This document shows, piece after piece, positions 25,611 through 40,219 of a stretch of 61,728 nt of DNA. The stretch lies in assembly GCF_000181795.1 (NCBI RefSeq), contig NW_003526945.1:4448680-4510407 (forward strand), written 5' to 3'. The stretch's first letter is position 1. Each line of letters starts with the position of its first letter. The notes beneath the pieces are model-generated. The model worked only from the letters and a program-made list of their open reading frames with translations, was not told the origin of the DNA and did not search any database. The translations under genes were made by a program, and so were the position numbers. The stretch is from Trichinella spiralis. Lineage: Eukaryota.

Positions 25611-26634
25611 ATCAACATTGCATTAACCTGGCGCTAGTTGGCATAGCGATTTGTGTGGTCACATGCCAACCATATAGTCCTCAGTCACACACTGCTCCGG
25701 GAGTTCGAAGTGTCACCACCCTCTCCCTTATATATGCAGGTCGAACTTTTTCCGTATCCCAACTTTTTTTGGGAAGTCCACTTAATTATAATGACACTGT
25801 TTGTGACTAGAGTGCATTGTTATTGTCTGCAGCCACATTGGGGTGTTTGGCAATATTAGGGGATAATGTTTTAATCAAACACGTTGATGTGTTCTTTTCA
25901 AAACCGCGAACGGTTATCTATGATACACCTGAATTATAGCTGAAATTTTGAAATCGTTGCTCCCCTTATAAGATATGCAGGTCAAAGTTTTTGCGTATCC
26001 CAAAGTTTTCTTCAATATCCACTTCATTAAAGAAAATTAATTGAAATTAATTTCTCCTTAAGTATGTCGCGAACTTCAACCTGCGAACGATTGAAAGTAT
26101 TTTTGTTTTAACATCAGTAATTAGAGTGATTTCCATAAATTGAAACTAAGAATATTTAAACAGTCCGTTGGTTTTTTACTTCTCTTCTAAAATTATTTTC
26201 TAATCTGAATTATAGTAATTCTAAAGTATTTTTCTTTGCTGTACTTGTTTTTCAGTGGTATCGGTGAAAGTTGCATTAGATTATTTTCAGAAATTACCAA
26301 AATAATTGCTTTTATTTCATTTTTTAAAATGTTTTCGTAAAAGCTATCTTTTAATTTTAATGTGCTTTGGAGCTTTCTGGGAACGTTTTTCTTTTATCTG
26401 TGGTTACTGCCAATCAAAGCAACTTCATTTTCATTGTCTTTCTCTGATTGTATGGTAAAATAATTAATTTTGGCTGATTATGTCAAAATTCAGCATTATT
26501 ATAATTATTATTTGGAAAAGTGATTTCTCCAATGTGCAATGCAATTCCGTTTAAAATTGAATTGTTGTTGTGAACTTGAGAGTCATATTTTGTTTACTAT
26601 ATGAAATATATTTTTCGCTTATCTGTTTTGCAAG

Positions 26635-29415
26635 ATGTCGCTTGCTATTTTATATTCATCATTGTCTCCAAATCTTGAGGTAATGAAAAATTATACATAA
26701 AAATTTAAGTTGAAAATTATTAATACAGAAGGAAATTAATTAATCTTCATATTACATGCGTAATTGAGGTGGATTTAGTTTATTGCCTTTTTGTATGAAT
26801 TTTTCGAATATTTTTATATTTATGCTCAGTCATTTTTACACGAATAATTTATTGAATACATATACATTGTATTAATTTAGCGTATTGTTGAATTTAATAC
26901 CCGTGTGTAAGTATTTTGTAGGTGCAATATTCGAAATTTTTTATTTCGTACCATTGAGATACCTTGGATTCTGACATTAATATGATGTTTTATGAAAGTT
27001 TATTTAGTCTTCTAACTTAGTAACGATTTTGTTATATCGTATGCTTATGGAGTGCATTATGGCGTTTGCGTAATTTAAAAAAATGAAATATTTTTCGGGT
27101 ATCTCGTTTGTAAGAAGTGGAGGAGGCAAGTTTTTCGTAGAACAATTTGTTTGTCCATTTAATTGGACTAGTTTTACAATCAAGCTTACTTACGTGAAAT
27201 GTTGACCACGTCAACAAGTGGGGTCATTTAGGCTGAAGTTATTGCTTTGATGGAATTTGTGGTATTTGTAAAATTGCAGGACTTTTGTCCTTGACCAAAT
27301 GAATAATTTTTCTACGCATAGCCCACGATAACTGACCACTTTGTTTGAAATAGACCAGCTAAAATTTTTCTTTATGTTTATCTTTTTAAATGTTGTTTTT
27401 CTGGTGGACACATTCAGCTTCAACATCATTGAATTTATTGAACTTCATGTGTTGAACAAACTAGACAGCAAACGCAGCAGTTGTGCTTGGCAGTATATGC
27501 AAGCGCACACGCATCTTTGCTAGTAAAGACTTACACTTAAGCTAATTACTAAGTAAACGTGTTTCAGTAATAAAAAGAATTCCCTGCTTTATTTGCCGCA
27601 GTAATTGATGTTATAGAAAATAATGATTAGCAATTAAGCATTTTTATAGATTTTATTTAATAATTACATGAAAAGAACAATTTTTCACAAATCAGATCAT
27701 GTTCAAATGAAATACTATGCATCCAGTGATTGGGTACTAAATTTAAGAGCTGAAACAACTGAATATCAATCAAATGATAGGATTAGAAATCTCCTTTTTG
27801 AAGGTTGGGAAAATTTTGAAGTTACACTGATGAATTGCCATGTTCAAACGATTTGCTGTTTTATGTTATTAAAATAATATAACAAACGTATTCTGGGCAT
27901 TTTTAGAATATTTTAGGTCGATTCTGTTTCGATAATGCTACAGCTTACATTTCATTTGCAACTGCTCAATTTATTTCCCAACGACTGATATACGAAATAC
28001 TTTTTATCCATAATTAATAATGTTAGCATTTTTTCACTGTGATCAAAATTTCTCACAATGGCTTTATGCTTTTATTCTATTTATTTTAACACATCAATTC
28101 ATTTTATAGAATTCAGTATAATTGAAATACAATTATTGTTTTTTAGTTTAAAAAGCATACTCAACATGTCATAATGGTATTGGACGCTATGCGTGTTTCG
28201 TATGAACTTTTCGATTTATGTGATTCACGTGATTGCAGCAAAAAAGAAAAGTACAAAGAAGTTTGTGCTTCTAAAAGAAATGGCCAACTTTGGTTCCCAC
28301 AGATATTTTTCGGTGAAGATTATTGCGGAGTATGGAGAAATTTATTTTTCATTTGAGAACACAGTTTTATACATCAAATGCATTAGTGCAACAGTGAAAT
28401 TTCGAGCTGTTGAATAGAGCAAAGAAACATCTTTTAATGAGCAACGAACAAAGTGTAGATTTTAAAGTTGAAATTTATTTTTCGCGCTTTTCTTATCAGT
28501 TTAATGTTTTGTCAGATTATGAAATGCAGGTATTTTTTTTGGTAGAATACCGAGGAAGCCGATGTGTACGTGCTGATGTATATTATTCAGTTTCATTTCA
28601 GAGCTGATACGCTTTCAGGATTACGACGATTTCGCCGAAGCAATCGAATCCAACAAATTGAACACTTTTTTGAAACTTGCCCCAGCAGAAACATCTGCAA
28701 TCAACGAGCAAGAAGTTGGTGTGAAAAACGTCGGCGAAGATGATGAAGCCAAAGATAGCGACAAACCATCTGCAACTACTGCAAGCAATGGCCATGATGA
28801 TGATGATGGTGGCGTTGTCGACGAAGAAACAGAAGTATAGCTTTTGATAATTGCACAAAAAATGAATAAATAAAAAGGTGAGTTTTGTTGAAGGATAAAG
28901 TGGAAGAAGATTCAGAGAGTTTGCAAAAGTCAACGCACGAGGGGTCGGCTGATGATTCTGATGCTAATTTTGATCGTGGTGTATCGTCTGAGGCACTTGA
29001 AGAAGAGGTCGACAATAAGGAAAGCGACAAATTAGAAAATACCACTGATGAAGATGATGAATCTAAATCAGGTATGCATTTATCAGTGGAGAACAGTAGC
29101 AATAACGAGTGTTCACCTTTGAAAGAGGAACATGTAGATGAAAAGAGCATCCAAGAAGAAGAAGAAGAAGAAGAAGAGGAGGAGAAGGAGGAGGGGGAGG
29201 AAGAAGAGCCAGAAGATAACGAAGAAGAAGAAGAAAAAAAAGACGATGATGAAGAGGAAGATAGTGAACAACAGCAAGAACAAGAAGAAGTCAATGATAA
29301 AGCAGAGAAAGAAGCGGAAGAAGAAGAATTGGATAATATTACAGAAGAAGAAGAAGAAGAAGCAGAAGACGAATTAGAGGTGGAGGATGATGAAGAAAGG
29401 AGTGATTCGGAATGA
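26635..29415 (+). CDS. SH3BGR: SH3BGR-family glutaredoxin-fold protein with a long Glu/Asp-rich tail; exons 26635-26679, 28147-28329, 28619-28834, 28894-29415
   Basis: Phase-0 splicing gives MSLAILYSSLSPNLE-FKKHTQHVIMVLDAMRV..WFPQIFFGEDYCG-DYDDFAEAIESNKLNTFLKLAP, matching the recalled SH3BGR PPQIFNEEQYCGDFDSF..FLGLAP, followed by a poly-Glu C-terminus. Confidence 0.82.
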
Positions 29416-31197
29416 AAAATGGTAAATTAAAAGCATTTATAATAGAAAAAAGTTCTGTGGTATATTATTTTTACGTTGGAAATTAGTCTTGTTGAAACGA
29501 TGCTCCGCTAATAGAAAATTCTATTCATAATGCTAAAATTAAATTTTCTGCGATAAAATGTGCCACTTTTTCCATTGTATAATATGATTGCATCGAGCAT
29601 CCTAGTTTTTGGAAAATTTACACTCGTTATTGTTTCAGGTGATCTTTTTGAAATTCTAATTGAAATTCTACATATTAAATTTAAAATAAATTGTGAATTG
29701 TTTTCTGTTTCAACGCTGCTAGTTTTTCTTAAGCCATTTCGTAAGAAAATCAGTTTGGGGATGACAGATGTATATATATATATATTAATATGATGCAATG
29801 AAATACAGAAATTTAAAGTACAATTTGTTCTACAATTTTGTTTCCTGAATGAACATTCTAAATCAGTACTGAATAATTGATCAATTCAATCTTTGTATTC
29901 GTCGAGGTGTTTGCGAATTTTTTTTCAACTTGATTTCGGTGTTGCTGCTTTATAGTAGATGGACATGAGAATTCTTGCAACCTAAACTTGCTCAAATTGT
30001 TGGTTGCTTCTTGTTGTTAAAGCAAAGTTTTCAAGAGAAGTTGATCATCCACTGAACTCATCGTGCAGAATCTATTCTATCCACCGTAAGGCGGTCAAAT
30101 TTTTGTGTTCCAACCGGAAGTTGGCATCAGCACCATCATTGACCAGATGAAATAAAATATTCTGTTTACATAGTTTCGTGCCGGACAGTCAATCGGAAAG
30201 ACGCTGAATTCTGGTAGCAAGATTGAAGTGATGAAAAATTGAAAAAGATGTTCGAACCTAAGCGACAGATACGGTAGAAAAGAGGCAACTGACGTAACTG
30301 ACATGTGTCGAATGACGCAACCGGTTTTAGTGGCATCTGATTGTGTATTATGCATGACAGCGAAAAGAATCAACTACGTATGATGTTTATCCTTTGTTTG
30401 CGGCAGCTTTTATTTCAAGAGTCATCTCCTACCTATACTTATTCACATAACATGTAGTATTTTCTTCGTTTGTAATATTTGACTGAAATTAAACACCTCA
30501 AGTGAACAATCAAGTCAGTTTCAGTTGTGAGAACGTGCATGCGAGCAATGCTTTTTAACGAAACAAGTTCAAGTTCCAATGAATTTGGATCAACCGCGAA
30601 AATTTACAGTTACTCATCCTGAGCATCAGTAAATCGAGTCCAACACCACCTACACGTGCATTAGCAAATGGAAAATTGGAAATCGCCATCCAAATCCTAT
30701 GTGCAAAAATCATCAGTCAGTGTTACTTTTGATAAATTTATTGATGATTGTATTTTTCGAAAAAAGCGGTCATTTCCAAGTTATGAAAACAAGATGCAAC
30801 ACAGTGTTGCGCACTGGCGACATAATTCGCTTGAACACAACAAGATAAATATTTGATAAATTATATACAGTTTCCTGTTTTTATCCAATTTTTCCTTCCT
30901 GTCTTTTAAATTCCTGATTTATGATGGACAGTTTGACAAATTTTCGCCCGAGCAACCCAAATTCCACGCACGTATCCTATTTCAACTTAAAATTCAATTT
31001 ATTACAGTATGCTTGAGAGTTGTTCATGTTGTGCCTTTCAGTTTAGCAAAGACGACGCGGCTTTGTTGTTTGTTGTGAAAAGAAGCAATTTTATCAGTGT
31101 GAAATTGTTTCAGAAGTTTAAAATTATTGCCAGTGATGTCGCCGACGTGTTACAACGGAAGGACGGTGCTGTTGTGCGCTGACGTTGAAGATTGAAA

Positions 31198-34100
31198 ATG
31201 GCCGAAGACTGCGCATCGGACAGTTGCTCAGATGGTAGTCGTCACCAAAGTGAACAGAATTGCAGAGTGGCGAGGAAAGTTAGGGGTAAAAATATTCCGC
31301 TAATTGAAAGTAGCTTTTGCCAAGTTTGAAAACGAACAGCTGCTGTTTTCGCAGGCATCAAAGCATCTCCTAGCTGTGATAGCGTGTTTTTCCACTGTGC
31401 ACTGAATCGTCTCCGTCGAAGGCGTTCCACTAAAACAGACCACGTGCAAGGCCATAAAATGTCTGGGGTGTTGTTGCGCTGGTTCCAACCGTGGAAATGG
31501 CGTCGATTGAAATCGAAAACTGCCACTAATAAAAACTCTGCCAATGGCGGTAAGTGATAAATTTCAAAGTTTATATGCACTTGTGGTCTTTCATGGTGTA
31601 TTTATTTTATTTTTGGATTGTTTGTTTTTCTACCATTATCAGTTAGCTGTTGATGTAGTTTTCTTTTTTTTTCTTTTCCACTTCAAGCACTGGTGCTAAT
31701 AAACGGCCGCTTAGTGATATGAGTAATTTGATCAGTTTTCCGGAATCCGTTGCGAACAATTTTCTTTTAATGCAGTTTTCTACTTTGAGGAAAAATTTCT
31801 AGGCGTTGTAGCGATTGCGTGGGGGTAATGTGGTCGTTGCTTAACAGCTTTTAATTGACAGATGAGCGCATTTGAATTAATGAAGAAAAAACACAAGAAA
31901 TGGACAAATTGATAGACGTTGCTTTAATAGTTGTTCAATTTTTCAATTTCCTTGACCATGCTTCGCATTTACCATTGCCCAACTCTGACGGTTTTGTCAG
32001 TTATTTTACCTTCAAGACATTTCTCATTGATCCGCTGTTCATTCTACTCAGGGCAATTTGTCATCTCGTTCTGACCTTCTTTACGCATACTGTATCATCA
32101 TGCGCAATATATTTATTGATAATTAGGTGTAGCGTAATGCTGACTTCGTTTATTTATTTTAATTTTAAGTGTTTCTTGAACAGCTTGTGGAATTTAATAA
32201 TAATTGATTGCTGAAATGGAAAATTGCCTTTAAGTTTTAATCTTTTCAGTTAAATAAGCTTTGTTTTCAAAAATGAAGGTCATTTTATGCATTCGACAGT
32301 CAACAGTTGGTATAATATTGTAAATTTATTCAATTATCCCAATGCAACGTAACTGATTTTTCCATTTTCTTTTCCACAACAAATATTTCAAATGGAGCAG
32401 TTCGCTGGAGTGCTTCAATTAATCAGAAAATGTTGGCAGTGAAAGTTGTGTTGACATTGTTGTCGAACTGCTTTTTTCTCTACCGCAAATGGCAGTGGTG
32501 GAATAATTTTTGATTTTCAATTAAAATGCCAACGAAGATATGAGATTCACGTGGCATGTTTGTGATAACATTTCGTGTTTCCAACGACTGGTATGCGTGT
32601 AATTTCAGTTCGCCTCCGTAGTTGGTCTTGGCGACGACTCGCGATAAATTGGTCTGGCAGTTTTTTGCGCGGGGAAAATGGGAAAAAAGTTTAAATCCAA
32701 AATTTGAAATCTTTAATTTTTTGTATTTCACTTCTCGTGATGGTTTTTGTTTTTTTTTTGAAAAAATAATAGCGTCATGCGGTAGATAGTTTTTATGAAA
32801 AAAAGTTGTTGAATAGCGTTGACGCTCAGTTTCATTGTTCATTTTGATATAAATTGAGGATGCATTTTATTTTATTATTTTTTTAAATTATTCAAATAAT
32901 TGGTTTGTTTTGTTTATTGTTGAAGATTTCATCAAAGCAGTGTGTATGTGTATGTGGAGAAATAATTTATTTTTTTTTACATATGCGACGGGTTTCAGCA
33001 GTGATGTAATACATATATATGTATATTCTAGCTTCAATAGACGGTGAAAGTAATTACAGTTTGATGAACTGGTAATAATTTTTCTTGGTATTGGAGAGAA
33101 CGAGTTGATTAAATAAAGTACTATTGAAGTGTTGATTGTGATTTTTTTGAGGTGATTGTGCTTTGCATGGCCAAATCAGCTCATGCTGAAGTGGTTATTT
33201 TTCAATGAATGGTCGGTTGGATGCGAATGGTGTTTTTAATTTTGAAGAGAAATTTTTAGATCAATGGGAATTTTAATGAATTTTGTTTAACTAGCCGCAT
33301 TATGCTCAGCTTCATCGCACAGCGAGTTCACTTTGTAGTTATTTGCTGTTTGCGTTGTTCGGATCAATAGTGAGACAAAAGGACGAAGTGGAAATTTATG
33401 AAAATTCTACATTTAGTTAGATAGTTTGTTTTTTCTTCAATTGAAAAATCGTATAAAAATAATAGAATTGAATTGATAATAGAAGAAATTGTACGGTATT
33501 TTGTGATTTTTGGTCAACAAGTACAATTGTAAAGAATAAGAATAGAACCGTAGTTGTGCTTGGTTTGTTTCTCTGCATCCATCATCGTTGTTGTTCTTGT
33601 TGTTGTTGTTGCACCCACCACCTTTGAGCCAATGAAATTCGGTGGGATGTGAAAGTTTGAAAATGCCGATTTGACGGATTTGCATCGAAGCGGCTCCAGT
33701 TTTCCAATTCTTCCTTCTGCTTTGATCATTTGAATAATTTCTACAGCACTTTGGTCAGATGAGTTGCTGTCCGTTGAGGGCAATTTTTCGCAACCGAAAT
33801 GCTTCAAATTCCGACATGCGCTTCCTCGGCCGACGTGCCGTTGCACTTTTATCACGCACCAACAGAGGTGAGATTATTTGTTCTGCTTGGTTTTACTTTT
33901 ATTTAAATGACAGACAAACCGAAAAGAATATACTATTAATGCGAAGCAATGACGGTGATTATGAATGCATTGATGATTCTGAATCGGGGAAAACTTGTCG
34001 ACCGGACGAGCAATAATAATTGATATCAGAAACAGTTGTTGCTCTTTTTTTCTTTGTTCATTTTTAATTTTCCTCCCCTTCTGGTTGTCCAATTTTGCTG

Positions 34101-37100
34101 TTCATTTCCTTTGCACAATGAATTCAATGCACTTCATTCATTGTCGAAGACGGTACAATTAAGCAGGGTGGACCAACAAGCAGAGCTTCAGTGTTGGTCG
34201 AACAGGAAATTCAATTTCCCCTATTCACTCATTCATTTATTTTGAAAAAAAAATTACATCAAACTGCATATTGTCCATTTGGGAAGGCAAAAATTGATAT
34301 TGTTGAAATAATTTCTCATTTTCAACCTGCATCTTTGACAGTATCGCAGCACATTTCTCCCTCCCCCATCAACCAACTGGAGGTTAAAATTGATAAGAAA
34401 TAATTAAAAGGAAGAGAAGTGGGTAGAAAAGCAAATAACGCAAATTGATTTACCACAGACGGTTGTTTGTTTGTAATTTGCATATAAATTTGCATTAATC
34501 GAATCCCCTTTGCTCGTCGTACGGTATTTCCTTTTTGTATGATACTGTAATGATTCACCTGCGTCGAATGAATAAATCGATTGATCGACTTGGAGTTGTG
34601 AAATGGGACGACAAGATAAAAAGTGAACATTTAATTGATTGAACAAAATTAACAACGAACGAACTGCATTAAGTTTGACGAATAGCGACTGGCGTTTTTG
34701 GATTCCAAAATGACAATATTAATCAAAGCTTGTTCAATGTTTTGAATTTTGATATTTAAGTAAATAAATTTGTGAAAAAAGAAATTTATTTATTTATTTA
34801 TTTTCGAAACTGGAATTTAAATTATTGTATTTTTTTTTGATTTCTCGATGAAAAAAAGCATATCCCAGTAGGTCTCGGTTGGTTTGATTGAATTGCTTGG
34901 GCACAATTGGACGCGGCAAACAGATGTTGGCAAGTTTGAATAATTGAATAGCGGAATGTTTTCGTTTCTTTTTTTCTGGTTTGAATTGAAATTGCACCGA
35001 ATGTGGTGAATTGGATTTTGACGCGCAATGAAAATAAGAAAGAAAAAAAGAATACTAATTTTATTTAAATTTATTTTTGAAATTGAAAATGATGAGCAGG
35101 ATGTTGTGATGTGTGAAAATGAATTTCAGCTGTGATGTTATTACAAATTTTGAAATTATTCGAAACTTGATTGTTGTTTTTTTTTGGGTATTCTCCGCCT
35201 TGTGTTTGATGTTTTTGAAAACATTTCCCACGAATCAGTCGGTCAGTTAGTTGGTGGGGGGGGGGGGAGCTTTTGAACAGCTGAGCCGAGAGCAGATTCT
35301 TAATACGAGGTAGGCGATGTTAGCTCTGAATGAAAGGACAACGATGTCTTCTTGCATAAATAGACTCTGCTTAGCTGCTTGGTGAAATTGCCGCCAGCTG
35401 AAGTGGAGCAGCAGCACACGCGCGCACGTGTAGAGCTAGCTATTTGGAAGAATGCAAAAAGCGCTTTTATATATATATACGTATATATTATATACATGTT
35501 GGTGGTGGTGGTGTCTCATATTTACGAAAGTTGTTTTTCATCTTTTGCTATAGTTGCCATTGTGATTTCATCTAGCATTGGCTGTGTTGTTGTACAGTTG
35601 GGGGGAATAATAGTAATAATTCAAAGAAAGAAAACTGAACATGATTTATGTGTTCACTATTGCACAGATAGACGAACAAATTTTGATCGAAGAATGTGCT
35701 GATGAAGTTTTGCAGTCGATCGATTTTGCTTTGTTTTTTTTTTGATTTTCTAAATTTTATTTAGTGACAAACCGACTGGATATTGAAAATTTTGTTGACC
35801 AACAACAACAGCAACAGCATCAGCATCATGAAGTAGAACAACGACGATTGGATAACGACACTTCAGAGCATGAACAGTTTGATGAAGTTATTGAATGTTC
35901 GTCGGATGGGTCGAGATTTGTTGACCAGTGTGCACAGTCGAGTGACCAGTACGATGGTCAACTGGCGTTGACCGAAACTGAACAACAATTGGACAGGATC
36001 ACGGTGTTGCCGCCGGCCTACGTGGCAGTGGTGACCAAGTCGAAAACCGTTGCCCACGTTCAGAGCGCTCTGATAGTGCCTGTCGACCAACCGGAAGAAA
36101 GCACAAGTATGCGAAATGGACTCTGAAGTTCACTTTTTGTTGTACAATGGATTTCTTTTTTTCTTTGATTCTTAGGTGAAAGTGGTGTGCCGGCACCGTC
36201 GGCGCCGGTCACGTTCAGCAGACGCGCTTTGTTGCACAACGACGCCGATATACCACCCACGGAATCAGAATATCCAGAAGAATTGGGTGAGCGCGTTGTT
36301 TTCGATTTTCTTTAAATTTAAATATACGCTGTTTGATTTGGTTTGGTTTAAGATTGTGAATTATCTCCAACGATGAGCAGCTTTTCGGGCAATGTGCAAG
36401 AAGTGCCTGCCAAAGAGCCGGACTTGAATGCCCAGCCGGTAAAATCGGCCTTGCGCAGGCGGGTTGCGTTCGCCGATTCCTTGCAGACCGACTATTCGGC
36501 AAGTCCGTCACCGTCGACGAGGTGGATGACAAAATTATTTTTTTTGAAAGAAAAAATTATGAAATTTCATTAATTGTGGGTAAATTTCAGCACCAAGAAG
36601 AGGATTACCACTGCGGTCAGCAGCCAAGTGGCACCCCAACTGATCACTACCGCAGTTGGTGACGCTGACGACGACGACCTCGTCAGCAGTGATAGTGATG
36701 ATGACGAGCCGATATTGTTTCGCGACAGGCAATCTGAAAATGGAGATGAGCCTCGTTTGATGGGTATATTAATTTCAATTTTATTGCAATTCAAATTTTC
36801 CACTTTCAGGTGCTCTCGCCTCGAAAGTGTACAGAAAAGATACGATATCGTTGCGCGATGCATTGGAAGGTCCTTCTTCAGTGGCTTCGCTGGACATTCC
36901 CGATCAAACCCAGCAAGAGCGACGTGAAAAAATGGAACAGATCTCCGTCAAGCTGGAAAGGTAGGTTTGTTTGTTTGTTTGTTTGTTTGTTTCTTCATGG
37001 AAATTTTTTTATTTTTTAGGAAACTCAGCCAACGACCGACCGCTGAAGAACTCGAGCAGCGAAACATTCTCAAAGGTGAGTGAGCAGCATTTTTTCTTTT

Positions 37101-37783
37101 GCCATATTTTCCGCTCACACGAAAATATATTTTCAACATTCAACACAATAGACGAAAACTCTCCGGCCATGTCGAAGCAAATTATGGAGCAACGCAGGCG
37201 TATGCTCCTGAGGAAAGTATGCGGGATCATTGTTTTGTCCGATTGTTCGGATAGAGATCGATTTATTTGGCTAACTTGTTGTTGTTGTTGTTGCTTGCAG
37301 CTGAGCTTTCGGCCCACAATTGAAGAGCTCAAGGAGCGGCAAATAATCAAATTCAACGACTACGTCGAAGTGACCAACGCCGAGATGTACGACCGTCGCG
37401 CCGACAAGCCGTGGGTTCGTCTAACGCCCAAAGATAAAGTGAGCCAATTTCCATATATGCATATGCAAAACTGATTCACAACTGACAATTTTCGCTTGTT
37501 GTAGTGTTGTTCTGTTAGAATAAGTTTTTCAGTTAGTTGTTTTGTGCTTCGTTGAAAATTCCTTTTCTACTCTTCTTATTTTTATTCTTATTTTAATTCT
37601 TATTTTTTTCAACGACAATAAATGAGTTTTTGCAGTTGTAAAAGGAACCGCGTTGGTTATCTCTATTGATGCTTATAGAAGAAATTGGCCAAAGTATATA
37701 ATCATTCAGAGATAGATGAGCAATGAATTGATTAGGTTGGCTGCTGCGTTGAGTGTATAACTTTTATTTCTGAAATTGCTTTG

Positions 37784-37814
<31 letters not shown>

Positions 37815-38101
37815 TATAATAAGAATAAGAAATAGTGGAAACAACTGTCATCATCTGTTTCAGATGTGCAACTCGAAATTTGCAATTATTAATATTATTG
37901 TTGTTTTCTTGTTTTCTGTTTGTATTTTTATCATTTCATTTACAGGCTGCCATACGTAAAGAGCTGAACGAATACAAGAGCTTTGAAATGGAAGTCCACG
38001 AAAAGAGTAGACAGTTCACACGGTATGCATTTTTGGTTTCTCAGTTTTTTATATATTGCTTTGCATTTTTCATTCATCCATTTAGTTTTCATCGTTCATA
38101 A
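31198..38101 (+). CDS. PHACTR: Phosphatase and actin regulator (PHACTR; RPEL repeats and C-terminal PP1-binding region); 5' exon structure uncertain
   Basis: N-terminal [10 protein letters not shown] motif (~31480-31510), RPEL repeats [17 protein letters not shown] and [16 protein letters not shown], and C-terminus [56 protein letters not shown]. Confidence 0.9.
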
Positions 38102-40219
38102 ATGTGCTAAAAACATTCCCACGAGTTCTGCACAACTCTTTCTCCCTGTTCCCCCGTGCATCTTGTTGATTCGTTGCTCTTTTTTCTTTGTTTTTTGCAT
38201 TTCAAATGCGGCTGTTTCTTCTGTGGTAGTGGGACTTTTGCTGCTCGTCTGCGCGCGGGATACTTTGTATCCTCCACCGGTCTGTCGTCTGTTGTTCTTC
38301 CGTTGCAATTACCAACGGACCATTTGAAACTGACCACTGGCTGACTGACGTGAATCCAAATTTTTTCACACCCTTTTTTGCGTTTTCAATGGACTTGTAT
38401 TTTTCTTTCTTTTTTCTTTGGTCAGCTCTTCTGCCTTCATTGTGTTTTTTTCTGTCTCTCTCTCTCTCTTTCTTTTTATTTTATTTCTTTTTACCATTTG
38501 CATCATATATATAGAATCATTCGCTTGGAAGAGAGCGTTGCCTGTTGAAATTGAAAACGGTTACATTAAAAAAAACACTTTTACCTTACACAAGTTTTCC
38601 ATTTTTATACACTGATAGGAGTCGTTTGTGGTGCTACAACAGCCTATGTAATTATAATATTCATCTTCAAGAAGGGAAGTGAGAGAGAAGAGAGGAAACG
38701 TGCAATGACGACAATTTGCAAATTGCTGCTTCTACTATAAACTATGAATGCACGCAGCATATCCGGGCAATTTATAACATGACAAAATATTTTTTTCACT
38801 TATTTTTTCCCTTGGACATTTTCATTTGCACAAGTTGCATGCAGTCAACAAGTGCCACTGCTGCTGCTGTTGTTGTTGTTGTTGTTGTGCTTTTGGTTGC
38901 TTCTGGTCTGGTGAAACGCTTCTTTCGAAAAGTGCAATTCATGCAATATTTGCCAGTTCAATAATTTAGTATGGTTTATTTTCACTCTGCACACTTCCGT
39001 TTACTGAATCAAATGCTGCTTTGAAGAAATTGATGAAGCAGCGACGTTTTGGATTAAATTCGAAACAACAGCAGCAATAACAACATGCATTGTTTGTCCT
39101 TTTTTCAACAATGGAACATTTGAATTTGAATTTTATTTTTTAATCTTTTATTCGAGGCTTCAATTCTGCAATTATATTGGTTCCATGCAATTTGCAATGA
39201 ATGCTGCATAAAAATTGTCTGACCGACCGACCGTGGACAATTAAAAGTCGAAGTGGACGTGCGAAGGCATGACAGAATTTCTCATGCATATTTAATATCC
39301 CAACGTCGAATGACGACTGAATTTCAAATAAATATTTCTCGTCAATACAACACAACAAAGGAGAATGTTTTATTATACGAAATAAATCCTTTTTTCAGGC
39401 AATTTTTTTCTGAAAATGTCGAAAATCATATTATTTTTGTCATATATTCCGCCTGTGTTGGTGCTTTGAAATTCATTGAAAAGCTACAATCGACGGTCAT
39501 CAATCAACAGAACAAATTCAACTGTTTTAAAAAACATAACAACCGATCAATCAATCAGTCAAATAATTGCGAATGCTAGTTGTGGTTGGCACATGATGAT
39601 GATGATGATGATGAGGCCCAGTTGCTTCACTTTCTTCTCCTCTTTAAGCAGAATGCGCATTAATCCAGATTTTTAATTTCAATACTACGGCGTTATTTCA
39701 ACATCAACTGCAACTGTGATTGTTGTTGTAATTATCGTCATTAAGCGAAAGCTGAATATAAAATAGCAAGCTATTTTTGGCAATTGTAATCCGTTTAACA
39801 TCTCACAATATCTGTATTTCATTTCTTAAGCAATAATCCTATTCACTAATGCTACTCTGCTTTTACACGAATGCTTTTTGTTGGTTACAACTGGAATATT
39901 TTTGTCGGATTAAACAACAACAACATAGACACTTGTTAGCTTTTATACTTTTTTTCTTTCTTTTCTTCTCTTTTCTGTTTTAATTATAATAAGAAATGGA
40001 CTTGACACACTGAAAGAAGAAACATTGCATACAAAATTTTTAGGCAAGCTAAATAATGCTTTTATGAACGAACTATAATAATAATAATAATATGAAGAAG
40101 AAGATAAAGGCGTGTTACATAGTGCCAAAAAAGTTCAAAATGAAAATTATCAAAGTGAACAAACAACACTGTTTTTTGTTGGTTGCTGAACAACTACGTT
40201 GAGATAGATGGTTATGTTT

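Noticed and set aside
28776..29377. Poly-Ser (-) and poly-Lys (+) ORFs
   Set aside because: Alternative readings of the GAA-rich poly-Glu exon of SH3BGR.
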